Origin: Octopus sinensis
Lineage: Eukaryota
Assembly: GCF_006345805.1 (NCBI RefSeq)
Contig: NC_043010.1
Location: 25,668,001 to 25,732,000, forward strand
Length of the DNA: 64,000 bases
Reading direction: 5' to 3'
In this document: positions 52,260 to 64,000 of the stretch, piece by piece
Numbering within the stretch: the stretch's first letter is position 1
Layout: each line of letters starts with the position of its first letter
Made by a program: the position numbers and the translations under genes
The notes under the pieces: model-generated
The model's input: the letters and a program-made list of their open reading frames with translations, nothing else
What the model was told of the DNA's origin: nothing
Databases searched by the model: none

Positions 52260-53076
52260 AACCCTTTCCACTAAAGACACAAGGCCTGAGATTTTGGGGA
52301 AGGGGACCAGTTGATTCTATCGACCCCAGTGTTTCACTGGTACTTAATTTATCGATCCCGAGAGGATGAAAGAATAATAATAATAATAATAATAATGATG
52401 ATGATAATGATTTCTTTATTAACTACAAAGGTTTACATTAAGAAAAACATGGACATAGACCCCAGTGCAAGACTGGTACTTTTTCATTGCCCCCCCCCCC
52501 TCCAAATGTATGAAAGGCAAATTCAACATTAGTGGAATTTGAACCCAGAATGTAATGAGCCTGAAGAAATGTCACTAAGCATTTTGACTGATGCTCTAAT
52601 GGTTCTACCAGTCTGCCATAATAATAATAATATTAATTTCAAATTTTGGCTCAGGACCAGCAGTTTTTTGAGGGGACGAGGGAAAGAGAAGTCAATAACA
52701 TTGCTCTACTACTCAGCTGGTACTTATTTTACCAACCACTGAAGGAATAAAAGACAAAGTCAACCCCAGCGGAGAATTTGAACTCAGAATGTAACAACAG
52801 ACGAAACGCAGCTGTTTTGCTTGGCATGCTGACACTCCTGCTAGCTTGCAACCTTAATAATAATCCTTTCTACTAATGGTACAAGGCCTGAAATTTTGGG
52901 GAAGGAGGCTACTCGATTATATCAATCCCAGTTCATAACTGGTACTTATTTCATCAACCCCGACAGGAGGAAAGACAAAGTTAACCTTGGTGGAATTTGA
53001 ACTCAGAACATAGCAACGGGTGAAATACTGCTGAGCATTTCATCCAGCATGCTAACAATTCTGCCAACTTGCCTCC

Positions 53077-53080
<4 letters not shown>
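52260..53080 (-). mobile_element. Array of about four SINE family-B copies separated by (AAT)n/(GAT)n
   Basis: Units at about 52260-52370, 52460-52620, 52640-52855 and 52865-53080. Confidence 0.85.
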
Positions 53081-53113
<33 letters not shown>

Positions 53114-53139
53114 TGATGATGATGATGATGATGATGATA

Positions 53140-53710
53140 AATGCCCTGATGCAGTACCAGGCAGTGGTTCTCATGGCTTCTGATCTTAACTGATTGGAAG
53201 TGTTATCATGTACATTGTTTTGTCTTGGTATAAAAGATGGGCTACAGCAAATATTCTGCTCAATACCACAGATTTGCTTGTCAGTTGTTTGACCTTAACC
53301 AGTTGAGCATGTCCCTTAGTGGCTGACGATATGTGCATCTCTGATCACAAGCAGAAGTAGTGGGGGAGTATCATAGTCATGTGTTGAGAGGGATTCTTTG
53401 GGGTTTGAATAATTCACCTCTGGAAACATGGGTGTTTCGTTCAACATCCTTAAACAACCGTTACTCAGGGACCTTTTGAGCAGGATGGGTTACTCGACCA
53501 GAAGAAAATTCTAACTGGGTCCCACCTACAAGGTCATGTGCTGTTTATCTTGATATGAGATCATCATGTCACGCACATATGGTTGTGATGCATGTGCCTG
53601 GTGTACCCTTATCAGACGGGTAGTCATGATAGGTATACTGGGCTTCGTATATTTTACCCCAGTGTCACTTTGATGGCATGCACTGCTCTCTCACTCAATA
53701 ATAATAATGA
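53140..53710 (+). mobile_element. Unclassified ~560-bp non-coding retroposon-like repeat ending in (AAT)n
   Basis: Complex-sequence block bounded by (AAT)(GAT)n on both sides and ending ctctctcactcaataataat. I recall it as a common octopus repeat, which is not verified. Confidence 0.5.
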
Positions 53711-53741
53711 TGATGATGATGATGATAAAGACGACGACGAC

Positions 53742-56700
53742 AAATTCTTTTTATTGACCACAAGGGCTGACACACATGATTGGAAAACATAAAGGGACAA
53801 AACAGGACGAAAGGTTACAAAAGGTTTTGTCCATTTTTCAAAAGAAAAAAGTCCGTGTAAACAAGCTTTACAACAACGAAAAAATTCAACAATTTACAAT
53901 ACTCCCAATAGAGGAGACGTTTTGAAAAAAGAAAAGGTCTCACATGGAAAAACCCATAAAAGCCATGGCAGCCTGGTCAAAAGTGGGGTAGAGAGCTCCT
54001 TTCTCCTTTTATAATACCTTTTTCAATTACAGGCAAAACTTCAGAATTGGTCCATTTATACTGGCCATTCTTGCACAATTCACCCACCTTTCAGAAAACT
54101 TGCTATCAGACAGCACTCTCCTCTCTAACCTCATCTTCCTTTTCAAGTGAAACTTGAAAAAGTTGATGAGGCCTTGACCAAAGAGGAAAATGTTTGACTT
54201 TAGCCCTTTCAAATGGGTCCACCATATAACCTCTTTCGCCACAGCCACTAGGCACAGGAAAACGGCATTGCCCTCCTTGTTAAAGGAGGTCGGCGGGGCA
54301 ATCTTCACTATGGATTCAGCTGATAGCCAGATCCGTCCTATACGTGACAGTAGCTGTTCGACATAAACCCATAGTTCAGCAATACTCGGGCACTGGACGA
54401 GTGCATGCAGAACAGTTTCGTCGTCCTGGCAACACCTCGGGCAGGCCCGGCTGACGGCACTTCCGTGCCGGTAGACTTTATCCTGAACAGGCAGAGCCCC
54501 TCGGTAGCACTGCCAGGCGAGCGACCTCTGGCCCGAAAGTCCTTCCGAACAGACCGCTCAGTTCGTTATCATCAACGCCTAGAGTTTTGAGATGTCGCAG
54601 CCTGAGCATATGTCTGCGCATCAGTAACCACGGCATGCCAAGGCCTCCGTTCAGCGGTCGTTGACAGCAGATGGATTGCCTGACCAGTGGTATCTGACCC
54701 TTCCACAAAAAATCGAAGAGCAGGCATACCAGCTTGGCCAACCAGCGGTCGGGACAAGGGACGATGGTCAAGCGGTAATAGATGACGGATGCGATGTACG
54801 CATTCACCACCTCCGCTCAACCTTTCAGGGACAGCTTCCTCTCAGCCCATTTCTGGGTGAGTTTGGCCACCCTGCTCATCACTTCTTCCCAGTTTTTATC
54901 CACCTGAAGGTCCGGACCGAACCAGAACCTGAGCAGTTTAACGGGTCAGTTTGTCCAGTGCCCTACAATGCTGTTGGACAGCATGGGCTTGCCTCTCCAG
55001 GTGCCCAGTTGCAAGCCCACAGACTTTTCCGTGTTAATCTTTGCCCCTGTCACCGCTTCGTACTCGTTTAGCGTCTCACCAATCAGGTCAATGTGCCTGT
55101 GGCTCGACACCATCACGGTGACGTCGTCGGCATAGGCAGACACGCTGTTTCCATCTCCTAGATCGCACGGGATACCCCTCAAAGCCTCCAACTTGCGCAG
55201 TAATGGTTCGAGAGTCAATACGTATAAGAGGGAGGAGAGAGGGCATCCCTGGCAGACTGAACGCGAGATGTCAAACGGTTCCGAAAGGTGACCATTCACC
55301 CGTATCACCGAGTAGATGTTGCTGTATAAAGCAGTGATCCACCCGCGGAAGACTGGACTGAAGCCGGCTGCCTTGAGAACAGCTGCCAGGTACCGATGGT
55401 CGACTCTATCGAAGGCTTTACTCTGATCTAAATTGATCAAAGCCCACACGCGCCAGTGTCGTTACCCACCCTCTCTATCATGTAGCGCATGAGATGGAGA
55501 TTGTCGTGTATCGACCTGGTCGGTATGGCGCATGTCTGCATCTTGCCAACTAGCTTGTCCACGACAAGCGCCAATCTCTTGACTAGCACCTTGGCCAAAA
55601 TCTTCAACTCTGCATTGAGCAGAGTGATGGGCCAAAAATTCCCTATAACGTCCTCCTTGTTTGGGTCTTTTCTCAGCAAAGCCACCACCCCTCGACAGAC
55701 AAAAGCAGGAATTCTCCCGTTTTGCTGCCAGTTACAGTAGACGTTTGCCAACAGGCCTGCTAACAAGTCTGGCATTGAAGTGTAAAGCTCGTTGGGCAGA
55801 CCATCCAAACTCGGCAATCTACCTCTCATGCAACTCTTCATTGCTTCCTCCACTTCCCAGGCAGATATGGGTCCTTTGCAGCACTCTGCCTCGCTGTCCG
55901 AGAGCTGCGGTAGGCCGTCCAGGTCCACATTGGCACATTCGGGTTGTCTAGTCGAAACCTGTCAGACAGCTGAAAGTGCCCGAGTAGGTTGGTGAGGCTC
56001 TTGCACCCCTCTCTCCTATCAGATGCCCACCCGATCGAAACGTTCGTCTAAGACAGCATTCCAATTCCCAACTAGCACTAGAGTGCGTGACGTTCCCAGG
56101 AAAACTTCCAGATGATTGAAATAATCCGACTGCCCTGCTCCTGTCGGAGCGTAGGCAGCCAACAGTCTGAAAGCACAGTCTGGCTCCTTTGTGCTTTTGC
56201 ACGGGTGTTTCCACTATGTTTTTATAAAGTTTCTTTGAGAAACTTCTCCCTAGCGATCCGACATCATTAGGGAATTTCTCTTTTATGTCACTGTATGTCT
56301 TTTGGTTTATTTTGATGGTGAGAATGTGTGCTGGTGGTGTGATGTGTGTAGGTATTATAAAATCTGTAATGTTTGTACTTGTGTTGTCTTTTATATATGA
56401 AACCAGTTTTTCATTTTTTGTGTTTATGGCTGTGATCGTGTCTGTGTGTGTTGGTGTGTGTGGCAGTGGCAGTAGTGGTGTCGAAAGTGTTGTTGTTTGT
56501 TGTTGTGAGTGCGTGTTGTTGTTGTTGTTGATGTTGGGAAGCACTATTTGTTTGTGCTTCCCCTGTGTATCTTTTTGCTTCTTCCTCCTCTTATTCTTCA
56601 GAGGCACTGTGTGCCATTCACCTTTCTCGGTATCAGTGCTCGCACAATCCAAGCTGTCCTGATCCGGAAAGGGGATGGCTGTCAGGTCTGCTTCAGCAGC

Positions 56701-57160
56701 AGGGCGAAAAATTGTTGGTTCTGCTGGTAGCGGGGTGGTGTTGCTGTATCTGTTGGTGATGGTGACGGTGTCGGTGATTCTTCTTCCTTTTTTGTTGTTG
56801 TCTTGGTGTTGGGGTTGGTGTTGGTTTGGTGGTTGTTGGAGGTGGTGTCGTTCGTTGTGGTGGTGGTGATGGTGTTGGTGGTGTGACAGCCTTAGGTGTT
56901 TCGTGCTGTTGTTGTTGTTGTTGTAGAGATTTTCTCTCCGCCTCCACTCTCTGTTTGTAAGTGGAGCAATCTTTCTTTAAATGTTTGTCACTGCTGCAGA
57001 GGTAGCATTTTGGCCTTCACCCCTCTACAGCAACATGCATTCTGGTGCCGTCTGGCAGATTCACACTGTCAGGTATGGCATTGATGTTTTCCTGCTGGAT
57101 TTGTACCAGCAGCTGCACCCCCATACCCGACCAGTTTTTCTCCTGCAACCTTTGTACTCC
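53742..57160 (-). mobile_element. Tx1/L1-clade LINE with ORF1 (CCHC knuckle) and a deleted, frameshifted ORF2 (APE, RT, C-terminal Cys/His motif)
   Basis: ORF1 has CYLCSSDKHLKKDC at 56966-57007. EN relic YAPTGAGQ..LVGNWNA, RT motifs NFWPITLLNAELKILAKVL, LDQSKAFDRVDH, QGCPLS and YADD, and C-terminal ETVLHALVQC. PolyA-signal-like caataaaaag at the 3' end. Confidence 0.92.
54810..55930 (-). pseudogene. Reverse transcriptase domain of the Tx1-like LINE (frameshifted near 55440)
   Basis: Provided ORFs 55437-55928 and 54946-55449 are consecutive RT segments in different frames. Confidence 0.92.
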
Positions 57161-57189
57161 TAGAATAGTGGCAGTAATAATAATAATGG

Positions 57190-57342
57190 TTCCAAATCGA
57201 CCCCACAGCTTATTCTTTGTAAGCCTAGTACTTATTCTATAAGTCTCTTTTGCTGAACCGCTAAGTTATGGGGACATAAGCACACCAGCATCAGTTGTCA
57301 CTGATAAACACAGACACACAAACATATACACACATACATACA

Positions 57343-57392
<50 letters not shown>

Positions 57393-57545
57393 CACAACAG
57401 GCTTCTTTCAGTTTCCATCTACCAAATCCACTCATGAGGCTTTGGTTGGTCTGAGACTATAGTAGAAGACACTTGCCCAAGGTGCCATGCAGTGGGACTG
57501 AACCCCGAACCATATGGCTGGTCAGCAAGCTACCTACTACACAGC
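57190..57545 (-). mobile_element. SINE family A, reverse orientation
   Basis: Reverse complement of the family A motifs. Confidence 0.85.
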
Positions 57546-57980
57546 CAATAATAATAATAATAATAATCATAATAATAATAGTGATAATGATAATGTTTCT
57601 TACATAGAATAATTGTTTTAATACTTTCATTGCTACTAAGAAAAATTGTTTTTTCATGTGTTTTCTTATTTATAGACTAAGATAATGTAACCGAAGGATT
57701 AAATGTAGGGGTGAGTAGTCAGCGATTTGCAGTGATTATAGTTTATTGTATCGAATATTCAAATCAGTGGTATTTATCGTATCAGCTTACAAATTACAAA
57801 TATATTGCGTTAGAAGACTTACAAAAATAAATGCTTTATAAATTTATGACTGATGAAGCATATAAACGCTTAGTCACATCCTACATCAAGCTTCCCTATT
57901 TAAACATTTGTTGATTTTTTTTTTTCAAATTGTGATTAGTCTCATTAATCTCTGTCTATCTACCTATCTATCTATCTATC

Positions 57981-58023
<43 letters not shown>

Positions 58024-58302
58024 ACACACACACACGCACATACATACACACACATGCACGTACTCTCACACATATACAAAAGAGTCAATTGAAATACATT
58101 ACATCAAAATCTGTCTTGAATATGTCCAGAATATACTTTGGAAATTTTCTAATGATTAGGGCAACTGTAATGTTAGGTTCTTATGGAAAGATCTGGCGTC
58201 TCTGATATTATCAAAGATTAGAATTTGGATAATCTGACAGTATAATCAGTACAGAAATAAATTCTCTTCATTCATTTCTAAATCCATATATGTACTCATA
58301 TA

Positions 58303-58344
<42 letters not shown>

Positions 58345-58377
58345 CACATTTATATATATATACACACACACACACAC

Positions 58378-58423
<46 letters not shown>

Positions 58424-58517
58424 ATACATATTTATGTGTGTCTGTCTGTGAGTATCTATGTGTATACATATATATATATGCATATATACCTATTTTCTAT
58501 ATAAATATATGTATGTT

Positions 58518-58561
<44 letters not shown>

Positions 58562-59982
58562 TATATATACATATACATACGCACACAGACATATATATAT
58601 AATATATATATGAATGTATGTATGTATACACATGAATACACACACATACATGTGTGCACGTACACACACACACACACCACCTTTTTGAGTGTATTATATT
58701 TTCATATGATTGCTTGTTATTTTTATTCTAATCTTTAAATAAGAATAATATATTTGCAATTTATATCTGAATGTTATAAAGATATCATCGTCATACTTCC
58801 TGTCAATCTTGCTAAATAATGGCCTTAACCTGAGTAGGTTTTATGGCCATGTCCTAAATGGTCAAATGACTAGTATCATCTCAGTCTTGTTAGTATGATA
58901 AAATAGGCTGCAGGATAAAGAACAATGATGTTGTTGGTTAAAAACATTCCAGTCATGGCCATCCATCTTTTTCTAGCATAGTACCCTATCCTAACCATAT
59001 TTATATTATCTACTCTGTCTCTCCACCCTTTTTTTGAAGATGATCTGGTATAATTTGAAGGAAATTAGCAGCACCTGCTTAGACATTCAGACACCACATA
59101 GAAACTCATTGATTCGTTTTGAGGTGACAGATATAATGTGGGGTAGCCATATATCTCCTCTATAGCAAGACACCTGTGCTTCTCCCTTTATCATAATTTA
59201 GCCTTTCAACACCTGGCAAATATTCCCTCTCAAGTATTCCCCACTTTGTTGTGAGAGCATTTTCCTTTTTTCTTTTCCCAGTTATTTTTTCTATCTTGCA
59301 AATTGTTTGATGACTTCTCTTGTGCTAGTAGCATGAAAAAAAAAGAAAAGGCACCCAGTACACTCTAATACAGTTGTCATTAAGAAGGGCATCCAGTCGT
59401 AGAAGCTGAAGCTGACTCTGGAATTGGTGCTACCTTGTTACTCATTGGGTCCTGTCAACCTGTTTAAGTCATACCAACATGGAAAATGATTGTTAAAGAC
59501 GATGATGATGGTGACTAACAGATTCTAATAGCATGATATGAACTTAAGATTCACAAGAGAAAAGAATTTAGGAATCTCTACCTTATCCACTCAGCCACTG
59601 TATCTCATATCCATCCATTTGTTCATCCATCCAAAATCTATAGCCTAAAGAGACTGTTATTGTCCAACAATGTATGTTTCAATATGTAGAAAGGTTGGTG
59701 GCACATGTCTTCTCTTCAGTTATGAGCAGTCATTGGTTTCTATCAGAAGCTCTTTTGCCCTTTAACATATTTTTCTAAATCCTGTTAGGTGCCAACACCT
59801 GTTCCTCAACCAGTAAATTCAGTGGAAAAAAATATTCAGATGCCATCCAGCCAAACCTAAATAAGACAGGTTACACATGGCACCACTACCAGATAGAACC
59901 TAAACAACTTCATAATCTTGTGTGAAAATTATAGCATTTTGTAAATTTCTCAATTGAATTTTATTGAACATTTAGTGTAGAG

Positions 59983-60240
59983 CAGTGGTTCCCCCCCCCC
60001 CACTTGACACCCATCACAATCATAGATCTCTTTCTGAAACAAATTCAAAGCAACTGTATTTCACAAATAAAATTTAACCTCAGGAACCCATTATTTTGTT
60101 GTTTTTACATGAATTTCCACCCTATTATTTCCCCAATTTTTACATGAACCGCTATCCCACTAATACCCTACTTTTCTTCAGTGCCCCCTTGGAACTCCCA
60201 CCCACCCGGGGGGCAATACTGTTCCCTTTGGGAACTACTG
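59983..60240. mobile_element. hAT (Charlie-like) MITE
   Basis: TIRs CAGTGGTTCCC / GGGAACTACTG (1 mismatch) and an exact 8-bp TSD GTGTAGAG at 59975-59982 and 60241-60248. Confidence 0.9.
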
Positions 60241-60947
60241 GTGTAGAGTCTGGCTTTTAGTTTGATGTTGCAACAAAGTAGGAAATATAATTTAAAGATC
60301 AGCCAGTTTCAGGTGAGGTTAATGTGAATTTCTTTTAACTTAATCTGTGCTCAGTGTGTCATCTTTTACTTGTTTCAGGTACAGTAACTGCGGCCATGCT
60401 GGGACACCACTTTGAAGACTTTTTAGTCAAATGAATAGACACTAGTACACATTTTTATCTTAAAACCTAGTACTCGTTCTATTGGTCTCTTTTGCTGAAC
60501 TGTAAAGTGCTGGGGCAAAACCACACCAATACCGGTTGCCAAACAGTGGTGGGGGACAAACAGACACATATATTAGGTGGGGGGATCCAGGATTCTTTTG
60601 GAGTGTTGAAAAAAATACTATGTAAAGTGGGAACTGCAATTCATAACAAATGGACACATTTTTATAAATTCTAACTTTGTTGTAGCAGACCACATGCATA
60701 TGAAACAGTAATGCTGTGAAACTAACACAGCGGGTACACTCTGGTGGGCAGGTCGGCAACACCTAGTAGGTCCAGCAACTCCTATTCTTGTAAGAGTTGA
60801 CTCCTTTTTGCTTTACAGTTGCCCGAAAAACCTTGGTCCTTATTCTTTTGGTGTCAGCTTGGCTAGAAAGGGTGCTGCCTGGGCAACTAGGACAACCCCC
60901 TGCATCCGCCACTTTGTGTGTGTGTGTGTGTATATATATATATGTAT

Positions 60948-60980
<33 letters not shown>

Positions 60981-60989
60981 CACACACAT

Positions 60990-62625
60990 ATCATCATCAT
61001 CATCATCGTTTAGCGTCCGCTTTCCATGCTAGCATGAGTTGGACGGTTCAACTGGAGTCTGGGAAGGCAGAAAGCTGCACCAGGCCCAGTCTGATCTGGC
61101 AATGTTTCTACGGCTGGATGCCAACCACTAACGCCAACCACTCCGTGAGTGTAGTGGGTGCTTTTTACGTGCCACCAGCACAGGTGCCAGACGAGGCTGG
61201 CAAACGGCCATGATCAGATGGTGCTTTTTACGTGCCACCGGCACGAGGCCAGTTGGGGCGGCGCTGGCAATGACCATGTTCAGAAGTTTCTCTTATGTAC
61301 CACCAGCACTGGTATCACAGCTGCAATTTCCATTGATGTTGATCAATTTCGATTTTGATTTTCACTTGCTTCAACAGGTCTTCACAAGTAGAGTTTTGTG
61401 TCCCAAGAAGGAAAGGTATGCATAAGTGAACTGGCTACATCCCAGCTGGAGGCCATGGGTTATGGTCTCACTTGTCCTGCCGGGTCTTCTCACGCACAGC
61501 ATACTTCCAAAGGTCTCAGTCTCTAGTCATTTCCTCGGTGAGACCTAAAGTTCGAAGGTTGTGCTTTACCACCTCATCCCAGGTTTTCCTGGGTCTACCT
61601 CTTCCACAGGTTCCCTCAACCGCTAGGGTGTGGCACTTTTTCACACAACTATCTTCATCCATTCTCGCCACATGACCATACCAGCGCAAACGTCTCTCTT
61701 GCACACCACAACTGATGCTTCTTAGGTCCAACTTTTCTCTCAAGGTACTTACACTCTGTCGAGTATGAACACTGACATTACACATCCATACTGGCTTCAT
61801 TTCTTGCAAGCTTACACATATCCTCAGCAGTCCATGTTTCACTGCCATGTAGCATGGCTGTTTGTACACATGCGTCATACAGTCTGCCTTTTACTCTGAA
61901 CGAGAGGCCTTTTGTCACCAGCAGAGATAAGAGCTCTCTGAACTTTGCCCAAGCTATTCTTACTCTAGCAGTTACACTTTCAGCACACCCGACCCCGCTA
62001 CTGACTTGCTCACCTAGGTAACGGAAGCTATCAACTATTTCTAGTTTATCTCCCCGGAATGTGGTGGAAGTTTGTCTCAGAGCATTTTCAGTGTTTATCG
62101 CTCCTGAGCATCTGCCACAAACAAAAACTATCTTCCTAGTTAGCCTTCCTTTGACATTGCTGCACCTCTTATGTGTCCATAGCTTACACTTGGTGCATCT
62201 TATAGAGTTTCTACCTACACTTTTTCTACAGATCAAGCAGGGCCATCTACCTGAAGGCGTTTGTGATTTGTCTACCTTCCTACTTATTAGGACTTTGGTT
62301 TTAGCTAGGTTGACTCTAAGGCCCTTCAATTCTAATCCTTGCTTCCACACCTGAAATTACTCCTCCAGTTCTGATAGTGACTCAGCAATTAGAGCAAGGT
62401 CATCAGCATATAGGAGCTCCCAGGGGCATCCTGTCTTGAATTCCTCCGTTATTGCCTGGAGGACTATGATAAATAGTACGAGGCTGAGGACTGAACCTTG
62501 GTGGACCCCTATCTCTACCCGGAATTCTTCACTGTACTCATTGCCAACCCTCACCTTACTAGCAGTGTCCCTGTACATGGCTCGCACAGCTCTCACTAAC
62601 CATTTATCTATCCCTAGTTTCCTCA
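60990..62625 (-). mobile_element. 5'-truncated RTE-clade LINE (RT with YADD, Cys-rich insert, C-terminus, 3' UTR, (GAT)n tail)
   Basis: GVHQGSVLS..LFII..., ELLYADDLAL, GLRVNLAKTK, RLRWYGHVARM, RGRPRKTW, with several frameshifts. Confidence 0.95.
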
Positions 62626-63399
62626 TTGACCACCAGATAAGGGATTGGGGGACCCTGTCGATATATACACACATACACCGAAGACCCATCAAGACAAGCA
62701 AAATCACAGTTGTGGCAGATATACCAGTGTTACACAAATGGCACCCATGCCGGTGGCACATAAAAGTACCTATTACACTCTTGGAGTGGTTGGTATTAGG
62801 AAGGGCCTCTAGCCGTAGAAAACCATGTGAAGTCAGACTGGAGTCTGGTGCAGCCTTCCAGCTTACCACCCCTGGTCAAACCATCCAAACCCATGCCAGC
62901 ATGGACAACAGGCGTTAAATGATGATGATGATGAGGAGGAGGAGGATATATATTTATATATATCCATATATGATGATCTTTCAGTTTCTTTCAGCCCAAA
63001 GATATAGTAAAAGACACTTGCCCAAGGTGTCGTGTGTGTGTGTCTGTCTGTCTGTGTGACTATCATACAAGTAGTCACACAAACTACTTGGCTTCAATAT
63101 TGGTTTCAATATTCTGTGTAAATATGTTTGGATAGAGGGAAATATTACCTTACTGGGAACCAGGTGAGGCTTAGTGACAGGAAGACCATCCAGTCATAGA
63201 TAATCTGCCACAATAAATTCCATCTGATCCATGAAAGCATGGAAAAGTGGCCATAAAACCGATGATGATGGTAATGTTCAAGTTGATGCTTCTCTTTTTA
63301 ATCTGTCTCCTTATTTTTCAGTTTTTTGCAGTTGATATTATTCTATGCCTCCAAAGTAAAAGTCTCATTTAGAAAATACAAAATTTAAGAATTGTTCTT

Positions 63400-63750
63400 A
63401 AGGTGCAGGTGTGGCTGTGTGGTAAGAAGTTTGCTTCTTAACCACATGGTTCTGAGTTCAGTGCCACTGTGTGGCACCCTGGACAAGTGTCTTGTACTAT
63501 AGCCTTGGGCCAATCAAAGCCTTGTGAGTGGTAGTTTTGTAGAGATGTGTGTCCCCTACCACTGCTTGACAACTGGTGTTGGCGTATTTATATCCTCTTA
63601 ACTTGGCAGTTCAGCAAAAGAGACCGATAGAATAAGTATCAGGCTTTAAAAAAAAATAAGTACTGGGATTGATTCATTCAACTAAAATTTTTCAAGATGT
63701 TGCCCCAGCATGACCACAGTCAAGTACCCGAAACAAGTAAAAGATTAAAA
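63400..63750 (+). mobile_element. SINE family A
   Basis: Typical head and tail. Confidence 0.85.
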
Positions 63751-64000
63751 CTAAAAAGTCTTAAGTATTCAGAAATTTTAAAAATTCTCTCACCCCTTAT
63801 CTTTCACTTTTACCATCATACATACTTATGTAACAAGTTTAAATTTTTGACTTGTGGTGAACAATGAGTTGGATATTGTAGGGGTTCATTGTTTAGTTAT
63901 ATTGTTTGTTTATGCTGGTAACAGTGAGCAACTTCTCTCAGAATGGCCTCTGGCTGTTCTTGAAGGACCCCTATACACTTCAACAGCATCAAGTTCTTCA

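Noticed and set aside
59790-59925. Open frame containing KTGYTWHHYQ, similar to the WHH nuclease motif
   Set aside because: It is a short isolated motif in a ~45-codon frame without the other HNH residues, so probably coincidence.

Overview
AT-rich eukaryotic intronic/intergenic DNA, most likely cephalopod (Octopus-like). That assignment rests on the extreme microsatellite load and on tRNA-derived SINEs I recognise from memory, not on a database search. No host protein-coding gene can be called with confidence, and most ORFs in the supplied track are translations of simple repeats. The window is a mosaic of transposable elements: at least four SINE-like families (dozens of copies, some in tandem arrays), RTE, CR1, Tx1/L1 and R4/Dong LINE fragments, an RT-less Gypsy LTR element with a 5-bp TSD, an internally deleted mariner, a hAT MITE with an 8-bp TSD and a possible Helentron-type element. 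The most striking signal is two unrelated long fold-back palindromes (161-bp and 190-bp arms) embedded in (TA)n tracts. Each arm carries a minimal type I hammerhead-ribozyme motif with a self-complementary helix III, the architecture known from Penelope-like retroelements. A second notable pattern is a cluster of R4/Dong fragments and SINEs inserted repeatedly into (TAA)n tracts.
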